Position numbers and translations under genes: made by a program
In this document: piece by piece, positions 25,652 through 39,559 of the stretch
How the letters are laid out: each line of letters starts with the position of its first letter
Numbering within the stretch: the stretch's first letter is position 1
Source of the DNA: Camelus ferus
Lineage: Eukaryota
Reading direction: 5' to 3'
DNA length: 64,000 bases
NCBI RefSeq assembly: GCF_009834535.1
Contig: NC_045723.1
Coordinates: 310,001-374,000, forward strand
The notes under the pieces: model-generated
Told to the model about the DNA's origin: nothing
Seen by the model: only the letters and a program-made list of their open reading frames with translations
The model's database searches: none

Positions 25652-26295
25652 CGTAGGGGCTGTCAGGGTGATTACAGGTGAAAAACAAGAGGCCGAATTC
25701 CTTGTTGAAAATGAGGGAAGAGACTCTTCTCTCCCCCTTAGAACATTTACTTTAGAAAACTTGTCAGTTCTTTCTCAGTCTCTTTGAAGTGTATGTAAAT
25801 CCGTTTTAGAACCTAAAGAAGCCACCTGCCAGCTTTATGCCCCAGAGGCCTCTTTCTCAAGGACCTGGGAGCCGTCTCTCTGCCCATCTCCCAGTTTCTG
25901 TGGAAGGACAGGAACCTAACTTGAGCAGGTGTCAGGCTTCAAGATGCAAAACCCCTTCCTAGCAGAAAGACAAGTTTATCTTTCCTTTGCATAATATCAG
26001 TGAAATAACCCAGACGGTGACCCCAGTTACCAGGTAAATTTGAGACGTGGGACAGGAGGTGCTGGCCGGGCCTCCTGAGCACCGTGTGTGAGTTGGGGGC
26101 TGCCTCTGCCCGGCTACGCGAGCGGTGGGCTTCCTTCCTGCCTGTGTGGCCTCTCAGTGGACGGCCTGTGACGCACCTCGCACCCTGGTTGATGCTTATT
26201 TGAAACTAAAATTCTTTTCTTGCTCTTCTACTTTTGGGGAGAGATTTTTCCTGGGATTTTGGCTGGGAGCTTTTGTTTTTAATTCTGTTTCCGCA
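25652..26295 (+). mobile_element. MER34/MER39-like ERV1 solo LTR
   Basis: Ends aaaattcttttcttgctcttctacttttggggagagatttttcctggg...ttttgtttttaattctgtttccgca. Confidence 0.65.
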
Positions 26296-29184
26296 GGAGG
26301 GCAAGCGAGCTTCACCTCCATCTTTCCCTGCAATCTGGACCCCTGAGTATCAGCCCCACCACTGCCCCCCTCACCGCGTCGCAGGGATGGAAGTCACTGA
26401 AGCTGACACCTGCGGGTCCCCTGAGAGCTACTGCCCCCCTCTGACCTGGATCAGCGTGGGGGAGGGGCTTGCTCGTGCTCACCTGTGTGGCCCAGCAGGG
26501 TGCGATGGCTGCTCAGAGCGCCCCTTCCTGGGACAGGACCATCAGCCGGGCTTCTAGATTGTGGCTCCTGCTGGGCGGGGCCACTCTTTCTGGAGAAGCC
26601 CTAGGTTGGGGGGGACATGGCAGGGGACACAAAACCACAAGCTCAATCTGCTTTATTCCCCCAGAGTCAAAAGGACTCAACTGATCAGTAATTTAAAATA
26701 CTATCTGTAATGAAAACTAATGGGGTTGAATTATGCAGTTGGAGTCAAATCTGCACACTAATGTCTAAGCGAACGTGGGAGAAAGATAGGTTTCCTGCTT
26801 CGCTCTTAGGAGTCTGCACTGCCCTCGGCACCCCTACACCCCCTCAATCCTTCCCGCACCTCAGTCAACCCGTAAGTGTCCCCCGTGGGGACCTGGGGGC
26901 TCCCTTGCTTTGGGAGGGGAAATTGGAAAGGGACGCAGAGTGAGGAGCTCTGAAGACATTATTCATTTCGTTCTCGTATTCAGCAGGCTGTGTGCTTTGA
27001 GTCCCATTTTAAAGACGTGGAGACTGAGGCTCAGACAGTGTGAGGAGACCTGACCAAGCCCCCCGGCCTCCTCCGTTCTCTCTCCTCACCATCCCTGGGC
27101 CGTCAGTGCCTTCACTGTCTGCGCTGACCAACCGTGAAGGGCTAAAGCTTCGGGACAAAAGCCAAAACCCCCAGGTTTGCTTTAGAAGCTGCACTGTGTT
27201 TCAACACAGGGGTTGCCTAACAGTACTGTGCTCACAGAGAAGCGAAGCCAGAACTTCTCTGCCCGGTTGAGAAACAGCGTGCGGTTTACTCTGTGCAGAA
27301 GAGAAACGCGTTATGAAACACGCAAGTCACAGCCCAGGTGGCCGAGATTAGCTCCCCGCTCCAGGGAAGGGGCTGTCAGATGGGACCTGGGGCATGTGGC
27401 TTTGGGCCAAGCCATTGCATGACCGTTGGTTGGTCCAGAAGCCTCTAAATTCCTTAGACTCTGAGGTCAGCTCACAGGCCCCCAGGGCGCTGAGATGAAG
27501 GGCAGAGGTCCGGGGTTTCCAAAGCAAACACCAGCTGTCTTTCAGGAAGCCGTGTGCTCCAATGGCAAGTGAGGAGGCACCACGACAGGGAGAGGAGGCC
27601 GCAGCCCAGAGGCTGTGCACCAACCAGTCCTGCTTTACTCTGTCCTCAGGCGAATCATTCAGCCTCCCTGGATGCTCACCTCCTCGTCTGCACAGCCAGC
27701 GACTCCTGCCGCCCCAGCTGTCAAGGGGCCAGTGTCTGGGTGGATCTGTACCACCTTGGGGCACCAAACCCCAAGATCGGGGCGTCTGCTTTTCCAAATT
27801 GGCTTTCAAAATAAAAAAGCCATCGCCCTTGCAACCTCACCAGCTAAAACAAGATGCGCTTAGTCCTTGCTTTGTGGGGGAAGTAGGAAGGATCAGAAGC
27901 CTTGGGTTCTAGCTTTTGCTCTGCAGAACTGAACACACAAGTCTGGGCATAAGTCACAGCCTCTCTGTGCCTCGGTTTTTCCTTCTGTCAAGGGAGGGAC
28001 ATGGGATGTGTCACCTTGAGATGACCTTGAAGGTGGCTCTCCATTTCTCAAAGTTCCCTGGAGGCCCCCACCACCCTGCTGGCCTGCCTGCCCGAGGGCA
28101 GCCAGTCCTCCAGCAAATTCAGGGCTGGGCCAGGTGATCCGTCTCCTGTCCTTTCCCTAGTGGCTGAGCCAACTGGAGACCATCTCAGAAACACCATCCC
28201 CCTCGAGGGGAACCCACCGTTACCCCTGATAATGCTGACCTCCCGCCGTTCAAGGTGGGCAAGGGAGGAAAACAGGAAGCGGCTGCTGGATCAGGCAAAC
28301 CACAGCTCCTGTTTGCTTTGCCAAGGCTCACCTTCCCGATGGGGTGCTTGGTCTTTCCAAGCAAGCTGAGTTTTAAAGAGCGGGGAGTTAGGTACAAATG
28401 GAAGGGAGCTGCTGTCCAGGCAGAGGGGGTAGCGTGGGTGTTGGAGAGGCCATGACTTATGTCCTGACTTGTGCGTGCTCCCAGCCAAGAACGGCAGGTC
28501 CTTGCTCCATCCCCAACAGAGAGGTGATCACCCTACCTCCACACTCCCGTCCCCACCCCCAAGCCAGCCCGTAACAGGAAGAGGCACACTCGCTGAGCAA
28601 ATTGAACCACGGAGGCGTCAGACTCCAGGATGCTAAGAGGATGCTAACAAATTCAGGGCCAAAGACAGGAGAAATAAATTTTAATCTGATCCAGACAAAA
28701 TTCTGTCTCCAGAATTCCCTAAGCCAGGTCTGTATCATCTCCACCACAAGAAGTCAGAGGGTTGGTGAGAAATTCAGCACATCTCGAATCCCCAGAGAAA
28801 ACATCTCTAGATCTGGGGACCCTCCCAGGGAAAGTTCCACCAGCCACCTGCTCACCCCTGCAAAGCCCCAGCCCGTGAGAGCCGCACAGGACACGAAGCT
28901 TTGAATTGCCATTTCATGCCACCTTCTTAAACATGAATGGATAGTGATGAGTCACCAGACATTTCAGGAAAGTGCCCCACGTGAAAGAGAGGAAACAAGA
29001 GAGACAAACACATTCACAGACCAAAAAAGCCAGCCTCCCCAAGCAGGAGAGAACTCCCCAGCTGACTGCTTCAGCCTGCATCTCCACCGCCGGCTCTCCT
29101 GGGCCTCCAGCCTGCTGGCCCACACTGCAGATTTGGGCTTGCTGGTCTCCACACTCACATGGGCCAATTCTTTAGACTAAATCT

Positions 29185-29540
29185 CTCTCTCTCTCTCTTT
29201 TTTTTTTTTTTTTTTTTTACTTTTTTAGGAAAAATTTATTGGGATTTTTTTTAATATTGAATTTCTTTTTTTTTTTTAATGAAGTATAGTCAATTTACAA
29301 TGTTGTTAATTTCTGGTGTTCAGCGTAATGACACACATAGTGTGTGTGTATATATATATCCTTTCATGTTCTTTCTCATGATAGGCTGTTACGAGGCATT
29401 GAATATAGTTCCCCGTGGTATGCAGTAAGACTTCGTTGTTTATCTGTTTTATATAGAGTGGTCAATATCTTCAAATTCCAAACTCCCAATTTATCCCCCC
29501 TCCCCGGTAACCATAGTTTGTTTACTTTGTCTGTGAGTAG
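29185..29540 (-). mobile_element. L1 3' UTR fragment with T-tract tail (L1MA9-like)
   Basis: gaagtatagtcaatttacaatgttg...ttgaatatagttccccgtggtatgcagta...caaactcccaatttatccc. Confidence 0.8.
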
Positions 29541-29619
29541 GTTAGAATGAATCTCTTTCTCTGTAATATGCACATCCCATTGTTTCTTGTTTCTCGGGAG
29601 AACCCTAACACAATGGTTT

Positions 29620-30140
29620 CATCATAGAATGACCACATGATCCAGCAATTCTGCTCTTTGGTATGTACCCAAAATAAATGAAAATACATATCTACACAAA
29701 AACTTGCATGCATTTTTAGAGCAGCATTATTGATGTGAGCCAAAAAGTGGAAATAACTCGATTTCCATGGATGAGTGGATAATAAGATGGATCGTGATTA
29801 AGCAAGACGTGACAGATCCGTGCGATGGAATATTATTCAGCAAGCAAAGGAAGGAGGTATCAACACATGAGACAACGTGGACGGGACAACATTACGCTCG
29901 CCAGACACACAAGGGACCACATGTTGTAGGATTTTGTTTACGTGAAACGTCCAGAATAAGCCAATCTGTAGAGACAGAAAGTAGATTCGTGGCTGCCCAG
30001 AGATGAAGGCATGGTGATTTGGGGACAGACTAATGAGTACGAGGTTTCTTATTAGGGAACATTTGATGAAAATGTTTTGAAATTAGATAGCAACAATGAT
30101 TGTACAACTTTGTGGATGTACTTTTAAAACCCACAAAATT
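29620..30140 (+). mobile_element. L1MB-like 3' fragment
   Basis: catatgatccagcaatt-like start; gtagagacagaaagtagattcgtggctgcc...aaaatgttttgaaattagatag...tgtacaactttgtggatgtac. Confidence 0.8.
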
Positions 30141-30531
30141 AATACATCAGGGCTCTCAGCTCTCGTCCCCAGACTCTCGTCCTGCCCGATGGGGCGGACT
30201 CCTGCAGAATCCAGGCCTGGCCCCGCTCCCAGCTGCACCTGCCAGCCCTGCGGCTGCTCCGCGTGGAAGAGGAAGCAGGTGGCTGGTGGGGTTTGTGAGA
30301 ACGGCTTGGGAGCATCCTCCAAATTCCCCTTTCCTCCTAAAGCTCCTCCGCTCTTTCCTGGTTAAAAGGCCAAATGGCCCGGCAACAAGCAGGCTGAGTA
30401 AGTCACCGGAGGCCTTGAACTGGGCGCCTGTCTCCTCTGTGTTCGTGGACAAGGCCGTGTGCGCGTGGACGAGGCGAGTGTGCACGTACACCCAGGCTCC
30501 CTCGTGCGCAGTCGACCCCTGAACCGGGCCT

Positions 30532-31030
30532 TGCCGCGTCCAGCGCAGCTCGGGACTGTATCAGAGGACGGACGACACAAGACTTAAGAAACAAGGAGAC
30601 AAAGTAAAGAGCAAAGATGGGACCAGGGGACTCAAAGATCTCGTGGATCTAGAGTGCCGAAAGCCAGGTCGACATCGTATTTATTAGTTTACAGCCCAGA
30701 AAAAAATGCGATCAAAGAGGTGGGGCTTTAGATATTCCACGGGGTAAGCACGAAGTTCTGCTTGCTGATTAACTGATTAACGTCAGGCCTATCCCTTCCA
30801 GGAACAATCACCCTCCTCGGGGACGCAAAATTTCTAAGTCTATCCTGTTATTGCCTCCGGGAGGTCTCGAGTTAGCAAATATTTCCCTTGGGTCAAACCG
30901 CATGCTTTCATGCCAGAACAAAGTTCTGTTAATGGCCGACCTGGCTTTCCAGGACCGCCCATTGTTTTACCCTAAGGAAATACCTGCCTCCTTTGTGCCC
31001 TTACGGTCAACCTCAGGATTTCTCCTTACA
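30532..31030 (-). mobile_element. ERV2/ERVK-class solo LTR, CpG-retaining (relatively young)
   Basis: Minus strand runs TGtaaggag...ctAATAAAtac...ggtcccatctttgctctttactttgtctcc...gctggacgcggCA. The terminal gctggac..ggca is typical of class II LTRs. Confidence 0.65.
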
Positions 31031-33529
31031 AACTGTCTTTAGCATAATACATGCTATAGGTCATCTACTGCCTGAAACATTAAAACAAGGCAAGCATGTG
31101 CATTTTAAGCAAGTAAGTGTGAATATAGTATTTTAAGCTCATGGAAATGTAGGTGTGGCTTGTCTTCTAGCTGCTTGTCATCCAGCGGCTTGTTTTCCAG
31201 CAGGGCCTGAAGGCTGTCGTAGCTTAAAAAGGATCCGTTTATGGGATTAAAGTTGGAAATGAACTAAATACAGTCCTCGTCAGTATCTGTACATTCATTT
31301 AAGTAAAACCGCCCTGCTGGGGTGGGGTCACAGCGACCTCCCGTTTCCAGGTCAAGGACTCCTGCTCCAGAAGCAGACGTGCCACCCACACTCCAGCTCC
31401 GCAGAGGAGGAGGTACATCACTGGGAGGGGGGCACCAGTGGCACACGGCCCTGACGGCGGGCAGGGAATCTGAGAGCTGGTTTGAGCCCTGGAAATCTAT
31501 GTTCCCACCTTCTCACCCTGGTTGAGCGCCAGAAAGCCATCCTGGGTAATTGGGTCCACTCTGCAGATGCCAACTTCTTCTCGGATAGCTAGAGCCGGAA
31601 GATGAGGTGAGGGAAGGGGGTTACTGTCGTCCATGCAGAGCTGGGGGGCCGGAATGAGCTACAGAAAGGAAGGGGGCCCAGCACACCCGCCTCCTGCCTC
31701 CGTCCAGGCTTCCCGCTCACGGTGCCCAACAGGCCGGAAAGATGCTCACGCTCACAAGCTCGGAGGGAGCCTGGCCGTTCTCACCTCTGACTTCGCACAG
31801 CAGTTACCCAACAACTGCACTCAACTCAGGCAAGCACGTTGTTTTAAGCCACGTCAGGGCTGGGAAAGCCTGGGCTGGACAAGCTTTCCAAGAGCCTCAT
31901 GCTCAGACCACCCAGAAAGGTGTTGCCCTCTCCTGGTGAAGGTCCAGAGAAAGAGACGGTTTCTTGCAACCTGCCTCCCGATGCCCTGTGGTGGGTCCTC
32001 ATCTCTACCGCGGGGCACTCTGCCATCTGGCTGCTGGGACTTGCAGGGAGAGGGTGGCCCTTTGACCCTCTCCCCGTTTGCTTCCTGGCCACTGAGTTGG
32101 GCTCCATCCTGAGTGATCCTGGTGAGGGTCCCTGCCATCTCCTGCAGCCCACAGATGCACACGGAATCCTGCCTTCTTGACCGTCCAGGAAAACAGTTCC
32201 CTGTGAGTTGCAAATGGTCCCATGGGTGACACCAGCCATGACCCTGCCCTGCCTCCGCTCGTCGACAGCTTCCCCCGCACCTGCAGGTGTGAGGCTGGCG
32301 GCTCTGGCTCACCCAGGGGCTCATCCTGCAGAACCAGCTCCAAGGTCATGTCAGGTGCCCACTGAGGACATCCCAGGCTCCCTGGCACTGCCCTTGGACA
32401 CCTGCTTTGCACGAGCCCTGAGGGTTTTGCCCACAGTGGTCTAGCTAGCTGTTCCTTCCTCCTCTGGCTCCGCTCCCCAGACACAAAAGGCTGGTGCACA
32501 CAGGGAATCCCCTTCCCCGCCAGGGGTGGCGGCCGGGGGAGGAGCTCTGGGGCACCGGCTGAAAACAAAGACAAATCTCACATCGTAAAAGTGCATTTGT
32601 CAGTAAGCATGACCCAACAGTTCTGAGAAGCCGAGATATTTCAAGACTTGTCTTTCCTTCCTGGAGAGAGAGTGGAAGAAATATTTCACCCCCAAACTCA
32701 ATTTCCTGGATTCACAGAGTACCTTCCGCTCACTGGGGACTCTGTGGGGAGGAGCTCATTTAATCTGAACTCCTCATCTCCCTACAAGGGCCGGGTACCC
32801 GGTACTTGTCAATTTTGCTCCCCACGGAGGTCACTTGGAACCTCTCCTTGAAAACTAGACCAAGAAGTGACACAATGACTCATCACCACGTGCTCCTCGA
32901 GGCCCAGAGCTAGGACACGGAAAGTGGTCCCCTCAGGAAGGTAATCCAGCATCGCAATTTTCCAAACGGTTTCTCTGGTTCGAATTAAACCATCAAGCAC
33001 CCGGATGGGCTAGGCCTTCTGCTGATCTCAGGCCCTTTCAGGATTTGGTGGCAAAAGCAAATTCCCTAAGATGCTAGAAAGTTTCCAGAATTGGACTCTA
33101 TTGCAAACCGCAGTACTTAACTCACCAGCTGCACCTGGGGTGGAAGCTTCCCCCTGCGGACAGCGATGCCAGGAGTGAGAAGTGAGGGCCAGAAGAGGGA
33201 AGGGAAACGGAGCGCTGGTGACAGCCAGCAGAGAAGGGCCCACTGAGGCCAGTGGTGGGATTCAGAGGGCCACGATCAGCGTGGATGTGTGCTCTTCTGC
33301 ACCCATGGTCCCATGCAAGGTGCAGGGGGGGAGAGTTTCGTTATCAGCCGAGTCGTGATTTTGTAAAGCAAATTAAAGAAATAAGAGTGATCAGGGATGC
33401 AAGGAGGGTGTGATTCCTCACAGGAGTCATGGAACTTCAAGGAGAGTGAAGACAAGTAAGGCCAAAGGACAGCCAGGTTTGAGGAGGCGGAGGGTGCCAG
33501 CTGGAAAGACAGAGAAACAGCCTCGATGT

Positions 33530-34325
33530 CCATCAACAGGAAAATAAATAAGAAAATTGTATTTTATTCAGACACTGGCATATTCTACAGAGATAAGGAG
33601 GAACCAGAACTCTGTACAGCAGCGTGGAGGGATCACACACAGACGGCAGGGGGCATCACTATAGTGCCTGTGATTCCCCTTGTATAAAGTTGGGGGAAGA
33701 AGGCAAAACTAATATGTGGTGCTAGGAAGAGGATAGTGGTTATCTGGGGGAGCAGGGATGGTTCCCAGAAGGGGCACAAAGAGACCTCTGGGGGGCTGGC
33801 AAGTTCAGATCTCTTGGCCTAAGTGCCGGTTGCATGGATGTGTTCTGTTTGGGAGATTTTATCAAGCCGTAGCCATAAGATTCGGCACATTTCTCTATGT
33901 TATATGTCAATTGAAGTTTACATAAAAAGTGTAGGAGATTTGGCTGGACTTGGAGGGCACGATGCTAAATGAAATTAGTCAGAGAAAGAGAAACACTGTA
34001 TGATCACACTGTCATGTGTAATCTAAGGAATAAAACAAGCTAGTGAATATAACAAAAGAGAAACAAATACAGAGAACAAACTAGTGTTACAGGGGAAGAG
34101 AGAAGGACGGAGGAGCAAAATACGGGTGGGGGATTAAGAGACACAAGCCACTATGGATAAAATAAATAAGCTACAGGGACATATTATGCCGTACAGGGAA
34201 TGTAGCCAATATTTTATAATAACTATAAATGTAGGATAACCTTTAAAAATTGTGAATCACTATGTTATACACCTGAAACTTATATAATATTATAAAGCAA
34301 CTGTACCTTGATTTAAAAAAAATTT
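33530..34325 (+). mobile_element. Two adjacent L1 3' fragments (old L1ME-type ~33530-33925; L1MA-type ~33935-34325)
   Basis: aaggcaaaactaatatgtggtg...gtggttatctggggg, then ggacttggagggcacgatgctaaatgaaattagtcaga...ctatgttatacacctgaaact. Confidence 0.8.
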
Positions 34326-35390
34326 TTTTAAGCACTGTGAACTAGCCACCTCTGAGGTCCCCACTGGCTCTGAAATGCTAATGTTCTAATTAAACCCAAT
34401 AATCAGTGCTGAAAGGATCCAAACTTGGGTGACAGTGTGACAATACGTTGTGTGATTAAATACACAAGCAAGGCTTTAAAAAAATAAAAAAGGGTATAGG
34501 GGAACTTAATGAGAGCAGAATTATATTGCATTTGGGGACAAGATGGCACAGACCCCTTTTCCCTGCTCCTTCCATCTAAATACAACTAAAGTCTCCACAG
34601 ACAAATCAGCAATCACAGAAGAGTTCTGAAACCTGGAAAGAAATGGAGTGAATAGGGGCTTTGGGAACACGACCACCGTGAGAGCCCTGAGTGTCCTTTT
34701 TTTATCTTCCATGTACCTTCCACTGGGGCACCGGGGAGGCCGGCCACCCAGCACGGCCGACAGGCATGGACGAAAAATGCATGAAAATAAGAAAGTCTTG
34801 TGCTCTCTGCCAGACGACAGGGAAAGGAGCAGCCAGGATGAGGTGTGGTGGGGACACCCACAAGCAGTGGCAGTGGCACTGACTTGCTGTGGGGACAACC
34901 ACGCAGCCCCGGCCGGGGGACCGTCCCCCACCGCAGGTGGCAGACGGAGGCCCCTCTACCTGTACCAGCGGCACCAGAGGGCCCTGTGTCTCCCAAAGTT
35001 CCACCTACGGGCTGATTCCATGGCTCTCGCCCTCCACCCAGTGGTAGGAGGCTGCCCAAGAGAGGCGTCCCTGGCCAGCAGCACCGGCAGAGACAGAGTG
35101 CAAAGCCCACCAGCTCCAGGCAGCCTGGGCAGAGGCCAAGGGTCACGCTGACCTCGGTCTGGGAGGACCATCATCCCCCACCCCTGCCTAGCAATGCAAG
35201 GAGGCCCCCGGGAAGCGCCGTCCGCCCTGGCGGGCAGCTTGAGTGGAGCCCCAAAATTGAGACAGACCAGAACAGCATTTAGAAGCTCTGCAACAAAGTC
35301 GTCACTGGATGACTTTAAAGTCCAAAAAAGTGGACCCGAACCTTCATGTTAAACCAAAACACAGTGACTGCCTGTTAGAATAAGAGCTGA

Positions 35391-35525
35391 GGAGGTGGGG
35401 TATAGCTCAGTGGTGGAGTGTGTGCTTAGCATACACAAGGTACTGGGTTCAATCCCCAGCACCTCCATTAAAAATAAATAAACCTAGTTACACATACAAA
35501 ACCCCAAAAATAATAATAATAAAAA
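35391..35525 (+). mobile_element. Camelid tRNA-Ala(AGC)-derived SINE
   Basis: ggggtatagctcagtggtggagtgtgtgcttagcatacacaaggtactgggttcaatccccagcacctcca, then ttaaaaataaataaacctagttac and an A-rich tail. Confidence 0.85.
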
Positions 35526-35559
35526 TTTGAAGTAGGATCAAGACTCTCCTGACACAGTA

Positions 35560-36490
35560 GGCAAACGTCCAGAATTGAAAATCACTCATCATACCAAAAA
35601 ACCAGGTAAGACATCAACTGAGGGGAAAAAGAAAATCAGGCTTGAAGCCAGGGCTGGGGTAGATCAGATGTTGGACCCACCTGGCGAGGATGGAAAGTGG
35701 TTGTTGTAAAATCACCTCAATCAGTAATCACGCGTTCATTTGAAACAAAGGGAGACAGATAAAATCTCAGCAAAATAAGAGTTATAAACATAATGAAATG
35801 GAAATGTTAGACATGAAAAATAAAAGAACTGAAATTTAAAATGCTCTGGTTGTCTCCACAGTAGAGTAGGGTCACAAAAAATAGAGTCAGTGAACTTGAG
35901 GGCAGGTCAACAGAATTCATTCATTCCGAACAACAGAGAGAAAAATAGGCCAAAAAAATGAAATGAACAAAGCCTCAGGGATCAGAGGGATGGTAATGAA
36001 AGATCCAATATTTGTGTTATCAGAATCCTAGACAGAGAGGAGCAGGAATGTGGGATTTTAAGTATTTGAAGAAATAACAGCTGAAAAATGCCCAGATTTG
36101 GTGAAAGACAAATGTCTTAGAGATCTAGGAAGCTGAGTGAATACAAAATGGGATAAACCTAATGAAATCCATGCCAAGACAAATTATAATGAAACATTCG
36201 AAAATTAAAAGAAAAAAAGTTAAAGCAACGAGAGAAAGTCAACACATCAGATTACCTAGAGGGACACAGTGATTTGAATGACAGCAGATTGCTCATCTGA
36301 AGCCATGGAGACCAGGAGAAGAAACAGAATGACATTTTACAAGTGTCCAAAGAGAACAACTGTCAACCAAGAACTCTGTGCATCAAAACCACCCTTCCAG
36401 GATGCAGGGGGCATAAAGCCATCCTCAGACAAAGGAAAAGTACCAGGGTTTCCCGCTAGGAGAATTACCCTCAGAGAATGGCTGAAGAAA
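35560..36490 (+). mobile_element. Ancient L1 ORF1-region remnant
   Basis: agtcagtgaacttgagggcaggtcaacagaa...gaaataacagctgaaaaatgcccagatttggtgaaagaca...gaatgacagcagattgctcatctgaagccatggagaccaggaga. Confidence 0.7.
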
Positions 36491-39400
36491 GATAGCACTT
36501 TGTGGTTTTAATGGAATTTCCTTAATGACGAATGATGTGGAAAACCACCTTTTCCTGTGCTTTTTTAATGTAACTGTTGTTCAATAGTTTTATATAAGTC
36601 AGTTTTGTTACTTTTGTAATATTCCACCGCAATTTATTGAACTAGCATCATATTACCCAATGCATAGTTCCCCGCCCCACTCTGCCCCCATAGCCTGGGG
36701 GAAGAGGTTTAATTGTAACTCCGTGTGAGTTCCAGGGAGAGGACTGTCTCCGGTTGTGACTGAAGACCTCAGCGCCCAATCGTCTTCCTCCTCCCTGCTT
36801 CCCCTCCCCCACTTTCCAGGACGGGGCGTTGTCCCTTTAAAGCTAACTGCAGATATTTCCTAAGAAACAGCACGATGTGTGTGCTGTGTGTGGTAATACG
36901 TTTAAGAGAGACCCAGAGAAACAGTCTCCCCTCCCCCAGGATGAATTTCCACTTTGAAATATAATGAGTCTGAATGATTCACTTAGTTAAATGTCACCCA
37001 CATTCCCCCATGAAATGGAAATATAAAACTATCGCTTCCCTGGGGTTTTTCTTTTTGGCATCAAATACCTCACCAGGACACAAGAACATGGTAGTTATTT
37101 TCTGAAGCCAAGTATCTTCTTACAGTTGAGACCCACATAAAAGCTGAAGCCTGAGTGACGTGTCACGATGTGTGATCAGACTATGATCGAAAACTTGGAT
37201 CTGTATCTGATCACAGATGTTCGTTATCATACATCAACGAAATGTCAGTTTGGTCAGGTGACCTTGACTGTTCCTAAAACGTTTTCTGAGAGGGTTTCCC
37301 AAAGGACGTAGTAACAGGGTTAAATAAAATCAAAACAATGAGAATATGGAAAGAGGAAGGAAGTATGCTAATCACAGAGGCGGATCACTTCACGAAGACT
37401 AAATACCAAGTTTGACTCAGAGTTTCCTTGAGCAAAAACGGGGAACAAAATTACACAGCTCTGTTCATCAGGAAGAAAAAAGCACCCGCTCCCACCCACC
37501 CCTCTCCAAAATTCAGAACGCTGCTTGCTGGGGGAGCGTCTTGGACAGTCAGTGTCATAGATGATTTTTTTTCCAGCAGCATGTGTAACAAATGGAGAAG
37601 TGATTTCTTACATGTGCTTCTGGTAAAACCCTCCAGGGAAGGACCCGGAGTCAAACACTGCGGGGAAAGGCTGGTTCAAACCAAGTTACACAGGCTGGTT
37701 CCCGTGAGACTTTCCTTTGCAGACTGTCCCGTGGGCAGCCGTGCCTTTGGTGGATCGTGGAACTTCTGTCCCCGAAGACCTAACATCTGGCAGAACCAGT
37801 GTCCCGCAGAACAGTGTCTGGGAAACACACTGTAGACCGTCTTCCTTAAGATTTTCTTCCCCCACCTGCACTTCGATCTGAGGGGCAAAGCTGACAGTTT
37901 GAGATTCGATTCTTTGAGGAGAACTGAGGGTTCTGCTTTTCCATGTGGCTGAAGGCAGGACAGACAGACAGAAGTCATGGGTTGCCTAGGTGAGCCGGCG
38001 AGCTTTTGTTGACAGTTCTGCAGGCTAACCAGCCTTCTTGCCCAAAAGAGAACTGAGTACCAGCGGACAGAATGCGGGTTCTCCTTGAAGCAGTGTTGGA
38101 CTCGCTTTACCACCTGGGAAAACACTCAGTGATGAAGAGTTCACACCCTGGAGCCTGTGCACACGAGGACACTTTCACTGTGTTACTGACACACGTAGGA
38201 CAATCAAAAAGCCCACAGGTCGGGAGGCCATCACAGGAACTTTTATTCTCCTAATCAGATTGATCAGCCTTGCCATGCTCTGCTCACCTCTCTCTATAAT
38301 ACTGTTTCTAAACTCCGTGTGGATGTTAGTAAGATACTGTATCCACGTCACTGTGGCAAACACTAGGTTAAGCTCATTAAAGGAAGGGTAAGTTAGGTTC
38401 CAGTTTAAGAGGGTAGACTGAAAACATGTTTTCTCCACGTGCCACCATTTAATAACAATAGTAAAAGAGAGAAATGGGGGAAGGGTCTTCAGTGGGTGGG
38501 CAATTTTAACATATTTCTGGGAGAAGAAAAGAGGATGGCGGTGTGATGCTGAAAGAAGCTGAGTGGAGGAAGCCAGAGGCAAGGCTACATGGGGGCCAGG
38601 AAAGAGATGCTTTCTGCAGAAACTCAGGGGGCTTCAGACCCAGAGATGGTGAGGTTCCCAGAGGCTGGCAGTCCGGTGTTTAGCACCAGGCAAAGAAGCC
38701 AGGAAGCTTTTCTTTAGAGAAATGGACCTGGTTGGGTGGGGATGGGCTAGTGGTTTAGAAATCCTAGAGTTTCTGAGATTCTCAGCCAAAGAGCTGTCCA
38801 TCCAGCCATATGCCCAGACCTCCCCATCACCTTCCCACCCAGACCTAAAGAGGAAGCAGACCTCCTTACACAACAGCAGAGGAAACTTACATCAGTCACC
38901 TAAAAGCAATCGAGCCCTAGGAAAAGTTAGAATCATCAGACACACGTGAACACCAGGAATGTGAAAAAGTAAACAAGCAAAAACAGTGAATTTGGAAAAT
39001 CGAGGTTTTCAAAGATTCTCTTTTATATCACCATGGAGAAGTATGCATCCTTAAAACAAGAAGGTGCTGTGAAAAGGGGATAAAGATCCATACAGAGCCC
39101 GAGGGAATAACACAGAATACTTTCTGTATCTCGTGGGAGAATCCCCTTGCCCCATGCCCAGGAGTCCCCCACATCACTCTGCAGAAACGTTAGCTTTACC
39201 TTCCACAGGAAGAGCGACGGTCTAGAATCGCTCTACAAAACCTAGAGCTGACTTCGTGTGCTGGGTGAGGGCAGCCTGAGTGTCTATTTCCACATGCGGA
39301 TGTAAAAATGTCCAAGTTCTGTTCACTGAGGTGAACTCTCTTTCCCACCTACTCTGGACTGTCGTAAATGTAAGTGTCCAGTTTATTTCAGAACTTTTAC

Positions 39401-39559
39401 TTCTTCAGTTTATTTGCCGATTCTTCTTGCATCAATACCACAGGGTCAGTCTGTAATAAGTCTAGACATCAGGAGTGGAAAATGCTCCAGCTTTTCTCCT
39501 TCCATCATCACCTTGGACATATCTGCCACTTGTATGTCAGTATACGTTTTAGAGTCATT

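Noticed and set aside
35397-35467. Apparent tRNA-Ala(AGC) gene
   Set aside because: It has stem mismatches, is followed by a SINE body and A-tail rather than a T-run terminator, and has two similar diverged copies in the window. It is a tRNA-derived SINE.
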